Positions 19,474-28,890 of a stretch of DNA of 64,000 nucleotides are shown piece after piece (position 1 is the stretch's first letter; each line of letters starts with the position of its first letter). The position numbers were made by a program, and so were the translations under genes. The notes beneath the pieces are model-generated. The model ran no database searches. It worked only from the letters and a program-made list of their open reading frames with translations, and was not told where the DNA came from. The DNA comes from an uncultured Poribacteria bacterium (GTDB taxonomy: Bacteria; Poribacteria; WGA-4E; WGA-3G): assembly GCA_958296135.2 (NCBI GenBank), contig CATQHZ020000001.1, forward strand, positions 288,001-352,000. Reading direction: 5' to 3'.

Positions 19474-21420
19474 ATGCCAACAAAGACATTCAACGATAAA
19501 CTCATCGCACGCCTCAAAACCGACACACGCTTCGTCGAGCCCGCCGGCGAATTCCTTGTCGCCGCCGCCAAAGATAGCGCATGGAAACTTGACACCGCCC
19601 TCGTCAAAATCCTCCTCAGTGAACCCGAATGCAAGGCGAAGTTTTTCTCCGAAATCGATGGACACTGGGTATTCAATTACAACACCTTCATTACCTATCT
19701 CTCCGATAAAAACTTCCTCGCCAATGCCTACACCCGATTCCGAAACAAAATCGGCTTAAATATTGACGAAAAGTTCCTCCCCGAACGCGGCGAAGTCGCA
19801 CTCGTTTGGCCCTACAAAGACTGCGTCTTGGAAGGCGGCCAGACGCGCCAAGCGGAAAAACGCACCGAGGTCTTCTTCAACGAGCTCCTTGCACCAGACG
19901 AAATCAACCGGCTTCTCGCGCCGAAGGTTTTCACGAAGTGGCAACGGCATACGCCTGCAGGCGAACAGCCGGCAACGGCCATCAACCGCGATGCAGATGG
20001 CACGATTCGTGAGAACCTGCTTGTCAAGGGGAACAATCTGTTGGCACTGCACAGTTTGAAGTTGCAGTTCCGAGGCAAGGTGAAATGTGTCTACATCGAT
20101 CCGCCCTATAACACGGGGAACGATTCGTTCGGCTATAACGATAATTTCAAGCATTCCAGTTGGCTGACGTTTATGCGAAATCGGCTGGAGGTAGCCCGCG
20201 AATTGTTGAACAACGCCGGTGTGATTTTTGTTCAGTGTGATGACAACGAACAGGCGTACCTGAGGGTTTTGATGGATGAGATTTTTGGCAGCGAAAATTT
20301 TGTCTCCAATTCCGTCATTGTGATCAATCGAGGCGGCAGAGACTACGGTGGTATCGCGAGAACCCACGAATACCTACTGATCTATTCAAAAAACCCTCGG
20401 ACAGAATTGAATCAGTTGGAAGAGGAGGGTAAGACGTTTGACTACGAAGATGAGATTGGCGGTTTTAACTTGATGGAGTTAAGAAATCGCAACATTCGGT
20501 TCAACGCTAAGAATCGACCGAATCTCTGTTACCCATTTTATGTCAATCCATCATCCGCGGATGCTGATGATTTATTGGAAGTGGCACTAGAAAAGCAAAC
20601 TGGTTTTGTCGAAGTGATGCCGTTAAAATCGCAGGGCGTGCAGACAGTTTGGAGATGGGGCAAGGAGAAGTCGCACCAGAACTTAAACACCGAGATAAAA
20701 GCGAAGGCGAAGCGTGACGGTGGATATATGATTGTTCAAAAACACCGGAAGTCCTCGAAACGACAGCGGAGCGTTTGGGACGAGAAGGAATTTGTGAACG
20801 AACGGGGAACTGAACACATAAAAGCGTTATTTGCTCAAAAAGTGTTTGACTACCCCAAATCGGAACATCTCATTGCACGGGTTATTGAACTAGGGTCCGA
20901 TTCAGGAGATATCGTGCTGGACTTCCACCTCGGTAGTGGCACAACCGCCACTGTCGCACACAAGATGGGGCGACAGTGGCTCGGGGTTGAGCAAATGGAC
21001 TCCATAGAAACAGTGACGCTCCCTCGTTTGGAAAAGGTGCTCACGGGCGAACAGGGCGGCATTTCCAAATCAGTCAACTGGCAGGGCGGCGGCGATTTCA
21101 TTTCCTGTGAACTGATGCCTTACAACGCCGCCTTCATCGAACGCATCCAAGCGGCACGTACTAGCGACGAACTGGTGGCAATCTGGCGCGACATGTCAAA
21201 GGCATCGTTCCTGAATTGGTATGTCAACCCCGAGGTACCTGAAGACGCAGTGGCGGATTTCATTGCTATCGGTGATGTAGCGCAGCAGCAATCGCTGTTG
21301 ATGGAACTGTTGGATAAGAATCAACTCTACGTCAACCTATCAGAGATAGACGATGAGACTTTTCAAGTCAGCGATGCGGATAAGGGGCTGAACCGCGCAT
21401 TTTATGCTCGGGCGAACTAG
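19474..21420 (+). CDS. mod: Type III restriction-modification methyltransferase (Mod, N6-adenine, beta class)
   Basis: VYIDPPYNTG, HSSWLTFMRNRL, central TRD, YPKSE and VLDFHLGSGTT. Confidence 0.92.
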   Translation: MPTKTFNDKLIARLKTDTRFVEPAGEFLVAAAKDSAWKLDTALVKILLSEPECKAKFFSEIDGHWVFNYNTFITYLSDKNFLANAYTRFRNKIGLNIDEKFLPERGEVALVWPYKDCVLEGGQTRQAEKRTEVFFNELLAPDEINRLLAPKVFTKWQRHTPAGEQPATAINRDADGTIRENLLVKGNNLLALHSLKLQFRGKVKCVYIDPPYNTGNDSFGYNDNFKHSSWLTFMRNRLEVARELLNNAGVIFVQCDDNEQAYLRVLMDEIFGSENFVSNSVIVINRGGRDYGGIARTHEYLLIYSKNPRTELNQLEEEGKTFDYEDEIGGFNLMELRNRNIRFNAKNRPNLCYPFYVNPSSADADDLLEVALEKQTGFVEVMPLKSQGVQTVWRWGKEKSHQNLNTEIKAKAKRDGGYMIVQKHRKSSKRQRSVWDEKEFVNERGTEHIKALFAQKVFDYPKSEHLIARVIELGSDSGDIVLDFHLGSGTTATVAHKMGRQWLGVEQMDSIETVTLPRLEKVLTGEQGGISKSVNWQGGGDFISCELMPYNAAFIERIQAARTSDELVAIWRDMSKASFLNWYVNPEVPEDAVADFIAIGDVAQQQSLLMELLDKNQLYVNLSEIDDETFQVSDADKGLNRAFYARAN

Positions 21421-21546
21421 TTTCCCTACGCGGGTGAAGGGGCGGATTTTCTTGAAACCCTTGGAAATCCAAAACGAAACCGGGCTGATTGACTTAACGA
21501 AAATCGAAGAAAAACTAGCGCAAAAAATGACATTTTTCAAAACGGC

Positions 21547-21677
21547 AAAAAAGTGTCACATCTGTCACTTTTTTATCAAACAAAATAGCCCGCTCGCTTT
21601 ACGCACCCACTGCCGCGCGGCACTCAAAACACCAGAAAAAGTGACACCCTGACGCGCCGAAAAAGTGACACTTTTTT
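21547..21677. repeat. Nested direct and inverted AAAAAGTGACA(C) motifs between mod and res
   Basis: AAAAAAGTGTCAC (21547-59) is the reverse complement of GTGACACTTTTTT (21665-77). TGTCACTTTTT (21563-73) pairs with AAAAAGTGACA at 21636 and 21660. Confidence 0.75.
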
Positions 21678-21716
21678 AGCAGGAACTGGCCACTACGCCG
21701 GAACAAAGAAACCGAA

Positions 21717-24293
21717 ATGCCCGAAAAATTTTTATACGAAACCCTAGTTGAGGAATTCGGGAGGCGCACACTCCAAGCCACCGAAATGCCCACTTACCTC
21801 ACTGATAACCTCAATCCCGCGTTTGAACTTCGTCACTATCAAAAGGACGCGTTCGCGCGGTTCTTCCTCTGCTTTAACGAAGAATTTGAGGGCAAGGAAA
21901 AACCGCTCCACCTCCTCTTTAACATGGCGACTGGCAGCGGCAAGACGCTCATCATGGCAGGGTTGATGCTCTACCTCTACAAGCACGGTTATCGCAACTT
22001 CCTCTTCTTCGTCAACTCTACTAATATCATTGAGAAGACGAAGGACAACTTCCTCAACCCGCGCGCCTCCAAATACCTCTTCAACGAAAATCTCTATTTT
22101 GAGGGACAACGTGTTGAGGTGACAGCGGTGGATAATTTTGAGGGCGTTAACGCGCACGCCATCAATTTATGCTTCACGACAATTCAGAAGCTGCACACCG
22201 ATCTGACCACGGTGAAGGAGAACGCGCTCACCTACGAAGATTTCGCCGACAAGCAAATTGTGCTTCTAGCGGATGAAGCACACCACATCAACGTCCAGAC
22301 GAAGGCGCAGCAGGAACTGTTTAACAACTGGGAAAACACGGTGGAACGTATCTTCAACGCCAACGCGGATAACCTGCTGCTGGAGTTCACTGCCACGCAC
22401 GATTATGAAACGCCCGCGATGGTAGATAAATATCGGACGAAGGTTATCAACCGCTATGCGCTGAAGGATTTCCGGAACGACCGGTTTTCCAAAGATGTCG
22501 TCATCGTGCAATCCGATTTTGAACTGCCCCAACGCATTCTGCAAGCGTTAATTATCAGCGAGTATAAACAAGCAGTGGCGGCGAAACACGGCATTCACCT
22601 GAAACCCGTCATCCTCTTCAAAGCGCAGCGCACGATTGCGCAATCGGAAGAGAATAAGGCAAACTTCCATCGCTTGGTTGATGGGCTCACGGAGGCTCAG
22701 GTTACCGATATTCGCGAATCGTCAACCCTGCCGCTTGTTCAGCAGGCGTTCCAATTCTTTTCGGGGCATCAGGTATCAGACGCGCAGTTGGCACAACGCC
22801 TCAAACACGGGTTTCGGGAGACGAATTGCCTCTCTGTCAACAGCGAGAAGGAAAAGGACACCTACCAACTTCAGGTAAACACGCTTGAGGATGCGGGCAA
22901 TCCGCTCCGCGCCATCTTCGCCGTGCAGAAACTGAACGAAGGGTGGGATGTGCTGAACCTATTTGACATTGTCCGCTGTTATGAAACCCGCGATTCGGGG
23001 CGCGACAAAATCGGGAAAACAACGATTTCCGAGGCGCAGCTCATCGGGCGCGGGGCGCGCTACTTCCCGTTCGTCGTACCAGGGCACCCAGACAAGTTCC
23101 TCCGCAAATTTGACAAGGAACTTGATAACGAACGCCGCGTACTCGAAGAACTCCACTATCACAGCATCAACGATTCGCGCTACATCTCCGAAATCCGCAC
23201 CGCCTTGGTTGAGCAAGGCATGCTAGACGAAAACACCGTGACGCGCGAACTCACTCTGAAACCGAAGTTCAAACAGACAGACTTTTACAAACACGGTGTC
23301 GTCTGGCTGAACGAACGGGTTCCGAAAACTTATCGGAACGTGCACTCCTTCGCAGAACTAGGCGTGCAACAGAAAAACTATGTCCATACCGTCGCAACGG
23401 GACACGGCGGTGGGAGCCGCGTGCTGGAAAGCGACACGGCACCTATCGTGCATGAAGAAAATCGGCGGGATGTCCGGGTGGCAGATATGGCGCGCAATAT
23501 CGTCCAAGCGGCTATCGCTCGCAATCCCTTTTTCACGTTCGCATCCCTCAAGCGGTATTTTCCATCACTCGCATCAATCCTCGAATTTATCACTTCCGAG
23601 AACTACCTCGGCGGCTTGGCAATCACCTTTGAAGGGACTATCAGTGAATTAGACATGAATCCGGCGGCGAAGTTGGCGGGCTGTCGCGGGCTGATGCAGC
23701 AGATTGAGACAGAGATTCGCGCGCAAATCACCGAATACGAAGGCACCACGCAGTTCAGGGAAAACCAGGTCCGCGCCATTTTCACGGATAAGCACCTGAA
23801 ATTCGCGGTGAACACCGCGCGTGCCGATGACGATGCACAATTCACGCATTTCGTCTCCGCCAAAAACTGGTATGCCTTCAATACACTCCACGGCACCAGT
23901 GAGGAAAAGGCGTTCGTGCGGATGTTGGACCGGATGATTCCTGAACTAGAGCAAACCTACGAGGACATCTACCTCCTCCGCAACGAAGGGCATTTCGCCA
24001 TCTATCACTTCTCCGACGGGCAAGCCTTCCAACCCGACTTCGTGCTGTTCCTCCGAGATAAAAATGGCCAAGAATCCAATTATCAACTCTTCATTGAGCC
24101 AAAAGGGAAGCATCTCCAAGCGCATGACGCGTGGAAAGTCAACTTTTTGAAAGAGATTCGCGCCCAATTCGGTAGCCGAAATCTGACAGAGGATAGGGAC
24201 TCTCGCCTCATCGGCGTGCCGTTCTACAACAACGAAAACGAGAACGAATGCCGAGCGGCTCTTGAGGAGGCGTTGGCGGATGCACGCGTGTGA
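21717..24293 (+). CDS. res: Type III restriction endonuclease subunit (Res; SF2 helicase plus PD-(D/E)XK)
   Basis: MATGSGKT, ADEAHH, EFTAT, LNEGWDV, QLIGRGAR and FQPDF...FIEPKG. Confidence 0.92.
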   Translation: MPEKFLYETLVEEFGRRTLQATEMPTYLTDNLNPAFELRHYQKDAFARFFLCFNEEFEGKEKPLHLLFNMATGSGKTLIMAGLMLYLYKHGYRNFLFFVNSTNIIEKTKDNFLNPRASKYLFNENLYFEGQRVEVTAVDNFEGVNAHAINLCFTTIQKLHTDLTTVKENALTYEDFADKQIVLLADEAHHINVQTKAQQELFNNWENTVERIFNANADNLLLEFTATHDYETPAMVDKYRTKVINRYALKDFRNDRFSKDVVIVQSDFELPQRILQALIISEYKQAVAAKHGIHLKPVILFKAQRTIAQSEENKANFHRLVDGLTEAQVTDIRESSTLPLVQQAFQFFSGHQVSDAQLAQRLKHGFRETNCLSVNSEKEKDTYQLQVNTLEDAGNPLRAIFAVQKLNEGWDVLNLFDIVRCYETRDSGRDKIGKTTISEAQLIGRGARYFPFVVPGHPDKFLRKFDKELDNERRVLEELHYHSINDSRYISEIRTALVEQGMLDENTVTRELTLKPKFKQTDFYKHGVVWLNERVPKTYRNVHSFAELGVQQKNYVHTVATGHGGGSRVLESDTAPIVHEENRRDVRVADMARNIVQAAIARNPFFTFASLKRYFPSLASILEFITSENYLGGLAITFEGTISELDMNPAAKLAGCRGLMQQIETEIRAQITEYEGTTQFRENQVRAIFTDKHLKFAVNTARADDDAQFTHFVSAKNWYAFNTLHGTSEEKAFVRMLDRMIPELEQTYEDIYLLRNEGHFAIYHFSDGQAFQPDFVLFLRDKNGQESNYQLFIEPKGKHLQAHDAWKVNFLKEIRAQFGSRNLTEDRDSRLIGVPFYNNENENECRAALEEALADARV

Positions 24294-24447
24294 AAACAGA
24301 ACGATTGAGTTCTCCAATCCCCCTATAAGGACAGATTTCTATATCCATCCGCTGTTCCCGCGCGGAACAGAAGGAGAAAGACATCCGCTCGGACAATGGA
24401 GAGTGCAAAAATGGAAAACGAAAAGAGCCGAGTCTGAAAATTTTCGC

Positions 24448-24476
24448 TTGACAAAAACGGCAAATTACATTAAAAT
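24448..24476 (+). promoter_or_regulatory. Sigma70 promoter for the SOD-like/tyrA/cmk genes
   Basis: TTGACA-N17-TAAAAT. Confidence 0.65.
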
Positions 24477-24595
24477 ACTTCAGAACTTACGCAAATGCCA
24501 GAATTATCTACTGGTAGACGCGATTTCAAACCGCGCCCACGGAGTTCGTTCCGCGTAAGTCATCACGCTTTAAACCCTAGAAGGAGCAGCTAACC

Positions 24596-25339
24596 ATGTT
24601 TAGAGACAAAAACTCAAAACTTCACTCCAGGCTGATGATAGCCGTCATCCTCGCGATGTGCTTCGGCGCAGGTTGTGAGAGAATTCCGACAGAGGTGACG
24701 ATGCTGGTTCCCGCAGGAAAAACAGCCGCAGCAACCATCACCGAAAAACTAGGCACCGATAGCGGTATTACCGGCACAGCCGTATTTATGGAGACAGAAG
24801 GAACGGTGCACGTCCGCATTGAAATTCAGAACGCCGCACCGGGACTTCACGCCGCACACCTCTACAACGGTGCCGATTGCACGAACGCCGAAGGACATTG
24901 GCACCCCACTCACATTCCGATCGGCACTATCGGTGTACCCATCGTGGAAGCAACACCCGATATGCCACCCGTTGGGAGAGGCGGAATTGGCAACATCCAC
25001 GTCGGCGAGGATGGCATGGGCACCCTGGAATTCACTACCGCACTCTGGTCCCTCGGTGGCGACCCGAGCACTGACATTCTCGGCAAGCTCCTCATGATTC
25101 ATGAAAAAGGCGATACCTTTGAAACGCCGCCTACAGTAGATGCCGACATCGCACCACCGGTGGAGCAACCCCCGGTCATTGTGATACCAGCCCCAGGAGA
25201 ACCGATTGAGAGGGCAGAAGTGCCGCAACCGGTTCTCGTTACGAAAATGGCAGACCCAGCCGATGACCCAGCGACTGCACCCATCGTGATAGGCGGCGGT
25301 GCACATCTCGCTTGCGGCGTGATAGCGTTGACAGAATAA
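24596..25339 (+). CDS. Cu/Zn superoxide dismutase-fold lipoprotein with degenerate metal ligands
   Basis: Lipobox GAGC, PGLHAAHLY, C..AEGHWHP, GGIGNI, ILGKLLMIHEKGD and GGGAHLACGVI. Confidence 0.8.
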   Translation: MFRDKNSKLHSRLMIAVILAMCFGAGCERIPTEVTMLVPAGKTAAATITEKLGTDSGITGTAVFMETEGTVHVRIEIQNAAPGLHAAHLYNGADCTNAEGHWHPTHIPIGTIGVPIVEATPDMPPVGRGGIGNIHVGEDGMGTLEFTTALWSLGGDPSTDILGKLLMIHEKGDTFETPPTVDADIAPPVEQPPVIVIPAPGEPIERAEVPQPVLVTKMADPADDPATAPIVIGGGAHLACGVIALTE

Positions 25340-25363
25340 TACCCGATTTGGACATCGCGCGAT

Positions 25364-26320
25364 ATGTTTACCCATTTGCAGCAACTTCAACGGATAACGA
25401 TATGGGGTGTCGGTTTAATCGGCGGCTCGCTTGGACTTGCGCTGAAAGCGAACGGATTCAAGGGCGAGCGCGTCGGACTCGGCAGACGGCTCTCCACCCT
25501 GAAGCAGGCACTCGCGCGCGATGCAGTAGATGTAATAACAACCGACATCGCCGCGGGCATCCGCGATGCAGAACTCGTCGTCCTCGGCACCCCGGTCCAA
25601 CATGTTCCGGGGTTTGTGGCACGCATTGCCGAATGCGCAGTCGGCGGTTCCTCCCACTCCCGAAAACCCGACGGAGCGCAGGGGCCCGGCCACCGCGAAC
25701 CCTCAAAAACAAGAATCGTCGTTACCGATGTTGGCAGCACAAAAGTCGCGACGGTGAAAGCAGTTGAAGAACGGCTCATCCCGCGTTACCGAGAAGTTGT
25801 AGCCTTTGTCGGAGGGCATCCGATGGCTGGTTCACACGAAACTGGCGTAGGCGCAGCGCGGGCGACACTTTTTGAAAACGCGAAGTGCATCCTAACTCCT
25901 ACCGGGAATACCGACAGAGACGCACTACAACGCATCGAAGACTTGTGGAAATTTGTCGGGGCGGTGCCATATCGCCTCTCGCCGGAAGCACACGATCTCC
26001 TCATCGGTGCCGCGAGTCATCTGCCGCATCTCATCGCCAGTCTGCTGACGAACAGCGTCGCCGGTGTGGAGACAGGTTGCGAAAAAGCCTTGGATTATAC
26101 AGCGACCGGTTTTCGAGATACGACGCGCATCGCCGCCGGCTCACCAGAGATGTGGACAGGGATTTTCACGCAGAATACCGAAGTCCTCTCCGCACTCATC
26201 AATGGCATGGTAGATAACTTAATCGATTTCAAAAACCTGCTCCAAACCGATAACCACGCCGAAATTGAACGCGTGCTAACCGAAGCAAAAACATATCGGG
26301 AAACGCTGCGTAGTTCCTAG
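25364..26320 (+). CDS. tyrA: Prephenate/arogenate dehydrogenase
   Basis: GVGLIGGS, TDVGSTK, FVGGHPMAGS, HD...SHLPHL and GFRDTTRIA. Adjacent to cmk. Confidence 0.92.
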   Translation: MFTHLQQLQRITIWGVGLIGGSLGLALKANGFKGERVGLGRRLSTLKQALARDAVDVITTDIAAGIRDAELVVLGTPVQHVPGFVARIAECAVGGSSHSRKPDGAQGPGHREPSKTRIVVTDVGSTKVATVKAVEERLIPRYREVVAFVGGHPMAGSHETGVGAARATLFENAKCILTPTGNTDRDALQRIEDLWKFVGAVPYRLSPEAHDLLIGAASHLPHLIASLLTNSVAGVETGCEKALDYTATGFRDTTRIAAGSPEMWTGIFTQNTEVLSALINGMVDNLIDFKNLLQTDNHAEIERVLTEAKTYRETLRSS

Positions 26321-26389
26321 CGGTGGGTTGACTGCTGTTTTACAAGATACGTTGCCTTATCAGGCCGCAGCACTGAACGATAGACGATA

Positions 26390-27094
26390 ATGGAAAAGAA
26401 CCAACCGAGCGCACAGCCCGTGATAGCGGCTGCTGCGCGGCAATTGACGATTGCAATAGATGGCCCGGCCGGGTCTGGGAAAAGCACCGTAGCGCGACGC
26501 GTCGCTGAAAAACTGGGATGCCTTTATCTTGACTCCGGGGCGATGTATCGGGCAGTTACCGTCCTAGCCATACGGCATAAACTGCCTGCAGGTTCGCCGA
26601 AACTGACAGCCCTCGTCCAAGAGTGTCACATCAAATTCGCAGATAACGGCAAGACTGTTTTGCTTGACAGCGAGGATGTCACTACCTGCATCCGCACCCC
26701 GGCGGTGAACAAACAGGTTGCGGATGTGGCGAAAATCCCAGAGATTCGGAAGGAGATTGTCAAGCATCAACAACGCATCGGCGCAGAGGGAAGTATCGTC
26801 GCAGAAGGACGAGATCTGACAACGATTGTCTTTCCAGACGCTAACTTCAAATTCTACCTTGATGCCTCTGTCACGGAACGCGCAAGGCGGCGGTTGGCGG
26901 AACTCCGTTCACAGAACGTTCAAACGACGCTTGACGAGGTAGAAGCGGAAATCCGCATGCGCGATGAGAAAGATACCTCGCGCGAGCACAGCCCTCTCCG
27001 TGAGGCGGAAGATGCAATCGTCGTCGATACAACGCATAAGACAATTGACGAAGTGGTCAATTTTATTGTGGCACAGGTGCAGGTTTCCCGGTAG
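26390..27094 (+). CDS. cmk: Cytidylate kinase
   Basis: IAIDGPAGSGKST, LDSGAMYRA, AEGRD and RDEKD. Confidence 0.95.
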   Translation: MEKNQPSAQPVIAAAARQLTIAIDGPAGSGKSTVARRVAEKLGCLYLDSGAMYRAVTVLAIRHKLPAGSPKLTALVQECHIKFADNGKTVLLDSEDVTTCIRTPAVNKQVADVAKIPEIRKEIVKHQQRIGAEGSIVAEGRDLTTIVFPDANFKFYLDASVTERARRRLAELRSQNVQTTLDEVEAEIRMRDEKDTSREHSPLREAEDAIVVDTTHKTIDEVVNFIVAQVQVSR

Positions 27095-27163
27095 GTGCGC
27101 CCGCCTGTCTTCAGTTGGTAAGGGCGGATTTCTATGGTTTCCGCCCGTTAAGGAGGATTATGT

Positions 27164-28516
27164 ATGAACTACAAAAGCGTTATGTTCGTTATTGCTGACG
27201 ACTGGAGCCGCATCGCAAAGTGCTACGGCAACAAGGTGGTCTGCACGCCACACATCGATGCATTTGCGGAACGCGGCATCGTGTTTGATTACGGGTTCTG
27301 CACGAGCCCCTCGTGTGCGGTGAGCCGCGCCTGTATTCTCACCGGGCAGCATAGCCACACGCATGGGCAATACGGACACTGCCACGGCATTCACGGGTTT
27401 CGCACGCACGAAAATATGCAGTCCGTCCCAAAAATGCTGAAGGCGCACGGATTCGCCACAGCGTGCATCGGCAAAAAACACGTCGAACCTGCCAGCGTCT
27501 ACCCCTTTGACTACGAGCCGCGCGTTGATGGCAGAAGCCCAGTAGACATGGCAGCGAAGGTTACGCAATTTCTCAATCAGAATTCGGATAAACCGTTCTA
27601 CCTGCACATCGGCAGCAGCTATCCGCATCGCGCCGGCAAAGGCTTCGGAAATGAGCGGACGCACGCAGGCATTGAACCGAACCCTTACGCTCCCAATGAA
27701 ATCATCGTGCCGAATTTTCTGCCGGATATCCCCGCCGTGCGTGAAGACCTGGCGGACTATTACGAGAGCATCTCGCGCTGGGACACTGTCGTCGGCGCAG
27801 TTCTAGACGCACTCGATGCCTCTGGGCGCGCCGATGAAACCCTCGTCTTTGTCACGACGGACCACGCCATGCCGTTCCCGGGAGCAAAGGCATCAAGTTT
27901 TGATAGCGGGCACCACTGTCCCCTGCTCATCGCTAGTCCGAGGCAACAGCGACGCGGGCTCCGCAACCAAGCACTCGTTAACTGGGTGGATTTCTGCCCG
28001 ACGATGTTAGACTGGTGCGGGGTTGCGCATCCCAACGGCACCGCCGCGCTCCCCGGCCGCTCACTGCTCCCCATCCTTGAAGACGACAGGCCGCACCCCG
28101 GCGATGGAACGTGGGAAGAAACCTATTTCTCGCACTGCTTCCACGAAGTAACGAACTACTATCCGTATCGCGTGCTGCGGGGGCGGCGGTACAAGTATGT
28201 CCGCAATCTGGCGTATCAACTAGAGACACCGCTACCGAGCGATCTGTTTCGTTCCATCTCGTGGACAGCGGTGAGGGATGACAACGTCCAGCAGCTCGGC
28301 AATCGACCGCGGGGGAACTTTTTACAGCAAGACCGGGAGGCACTCTTTGATATGCAGAATGACCCGGCGGAGTCCAAAAATCTCATTGACGTGCCAGAAT
28401 TACAGCAGACGCTCAACGAGATGCGCCGGAAAGTCATCGCCTTCCGGGAAAAAACGAAAGACCCGTGGCTGGAGCAGTCTTTTCAGGAGGGAGAAACAGC
28501 AGCGTTTTTCACCTAA
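27164..28516 (+). CDS. Sulfatase, N-sulfoglucosamine sulfohydrolase-like
   Basis: IADD, SCAVSRACILTG, IGKKHV, PHR, TTDHAMPFPGAK and FHEVTNYYPYR. Confidence 0.85.
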   Translation: MNYKSVMFVIADDWSRIAKCYGNKVVCTPHIDAFAERGIVFDYGFCTSPSCAVSRACILTGQHSHTHGQYGHCHGIHGFRTHENMQSVPKMLKAHGFATACIGKKHVEPASVYPFDYEPRVDGRSPVDMAAKVTQFLNQNSDKPFYLHIGSSYPHRAGKGFGNERTHAGIEPNPYAPNEIIVPNFLPDIPAVREDLADYYESISRWDTVVGAVLDALDASGRADETLVFVTTDHAMPFPGAKASSFDSGHHCPLLIASPRQQRRGLRNQALVNWVDFCPTMLDWCGVAHPNGTAALPGRSLLPILEDDRPHPGDGTWEETYFSHCFHEVTNYYPYRVLRGRRYKYVRNLAYQLETPLPSDLFRSISWTAVRDDNVQQLGNRPRGNFLQQDREALFDMQNDPAESKNLIDVPELQQTLNEMRRKVIAFREKTKDPWLEQSFQEGETAAFFT

Positions 28517-28527
28517 GCAGCGAATAG

Positions 28528-28551
28528 CGCGGGCGTTACGGAGCCCGCGCC
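28528..28551. terminator. GC-rich hairpin between convergent genes
   Basis: GCGCGGGC-GTTACGGA-GCCCGCGC. Confidence 0.5.
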
Positions 28552-28560
28552 TTCTCTGGT

Positions 28561-28890
28561 TTAGCCGTTGCCGTTTTGCATCAGCATTTCAGTGAACGCC
28601 TCCAGGCTTGGTGTTCCTACAGCTTCGCGACGCAACTGCTTGAGGTATTCCAAATCGTCGATTTGCTCAAGTTGCGGCTTGAAGAGTTGCACCAGGGTTG
28701 ACTGGAACCGCACGTCAAGGACATCAAGGATGCTCTCAATAGCACCTTCGCGCGCAGCCTGTTGGAGGCCTCGTTGGAGTCCCCGCTGTACAGCGGCTTT
28801 CTCCGCTTCTTCAATGAATCTCTCTGCTTCCACTTTGGCATCGGCGGCGGCTCTTTCCCAGAGCCGACGGTAAACACCGGATTCCATCAT
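28561..28890 (-). CDS. Putative intragenic small protein (RpnS-like, ~109 aa), in frame within rpn
   Basis: GGAGG (28900-28896) lies 5 nt before the in-frame ATG ATG (28890/28887) at the start of the variable C-terminal region. Confidence 0.55.
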   Translation of the reverse strand: MMESGVYRRLWERAAADAKVEAERFIEEAEKAAVQRGLQRGLQQAAREGAIESILDVLDVRFQSTLVQLFKPQLEQIDDLEYLKQLRREAVGTPSLEAFTEMLMQNGNG

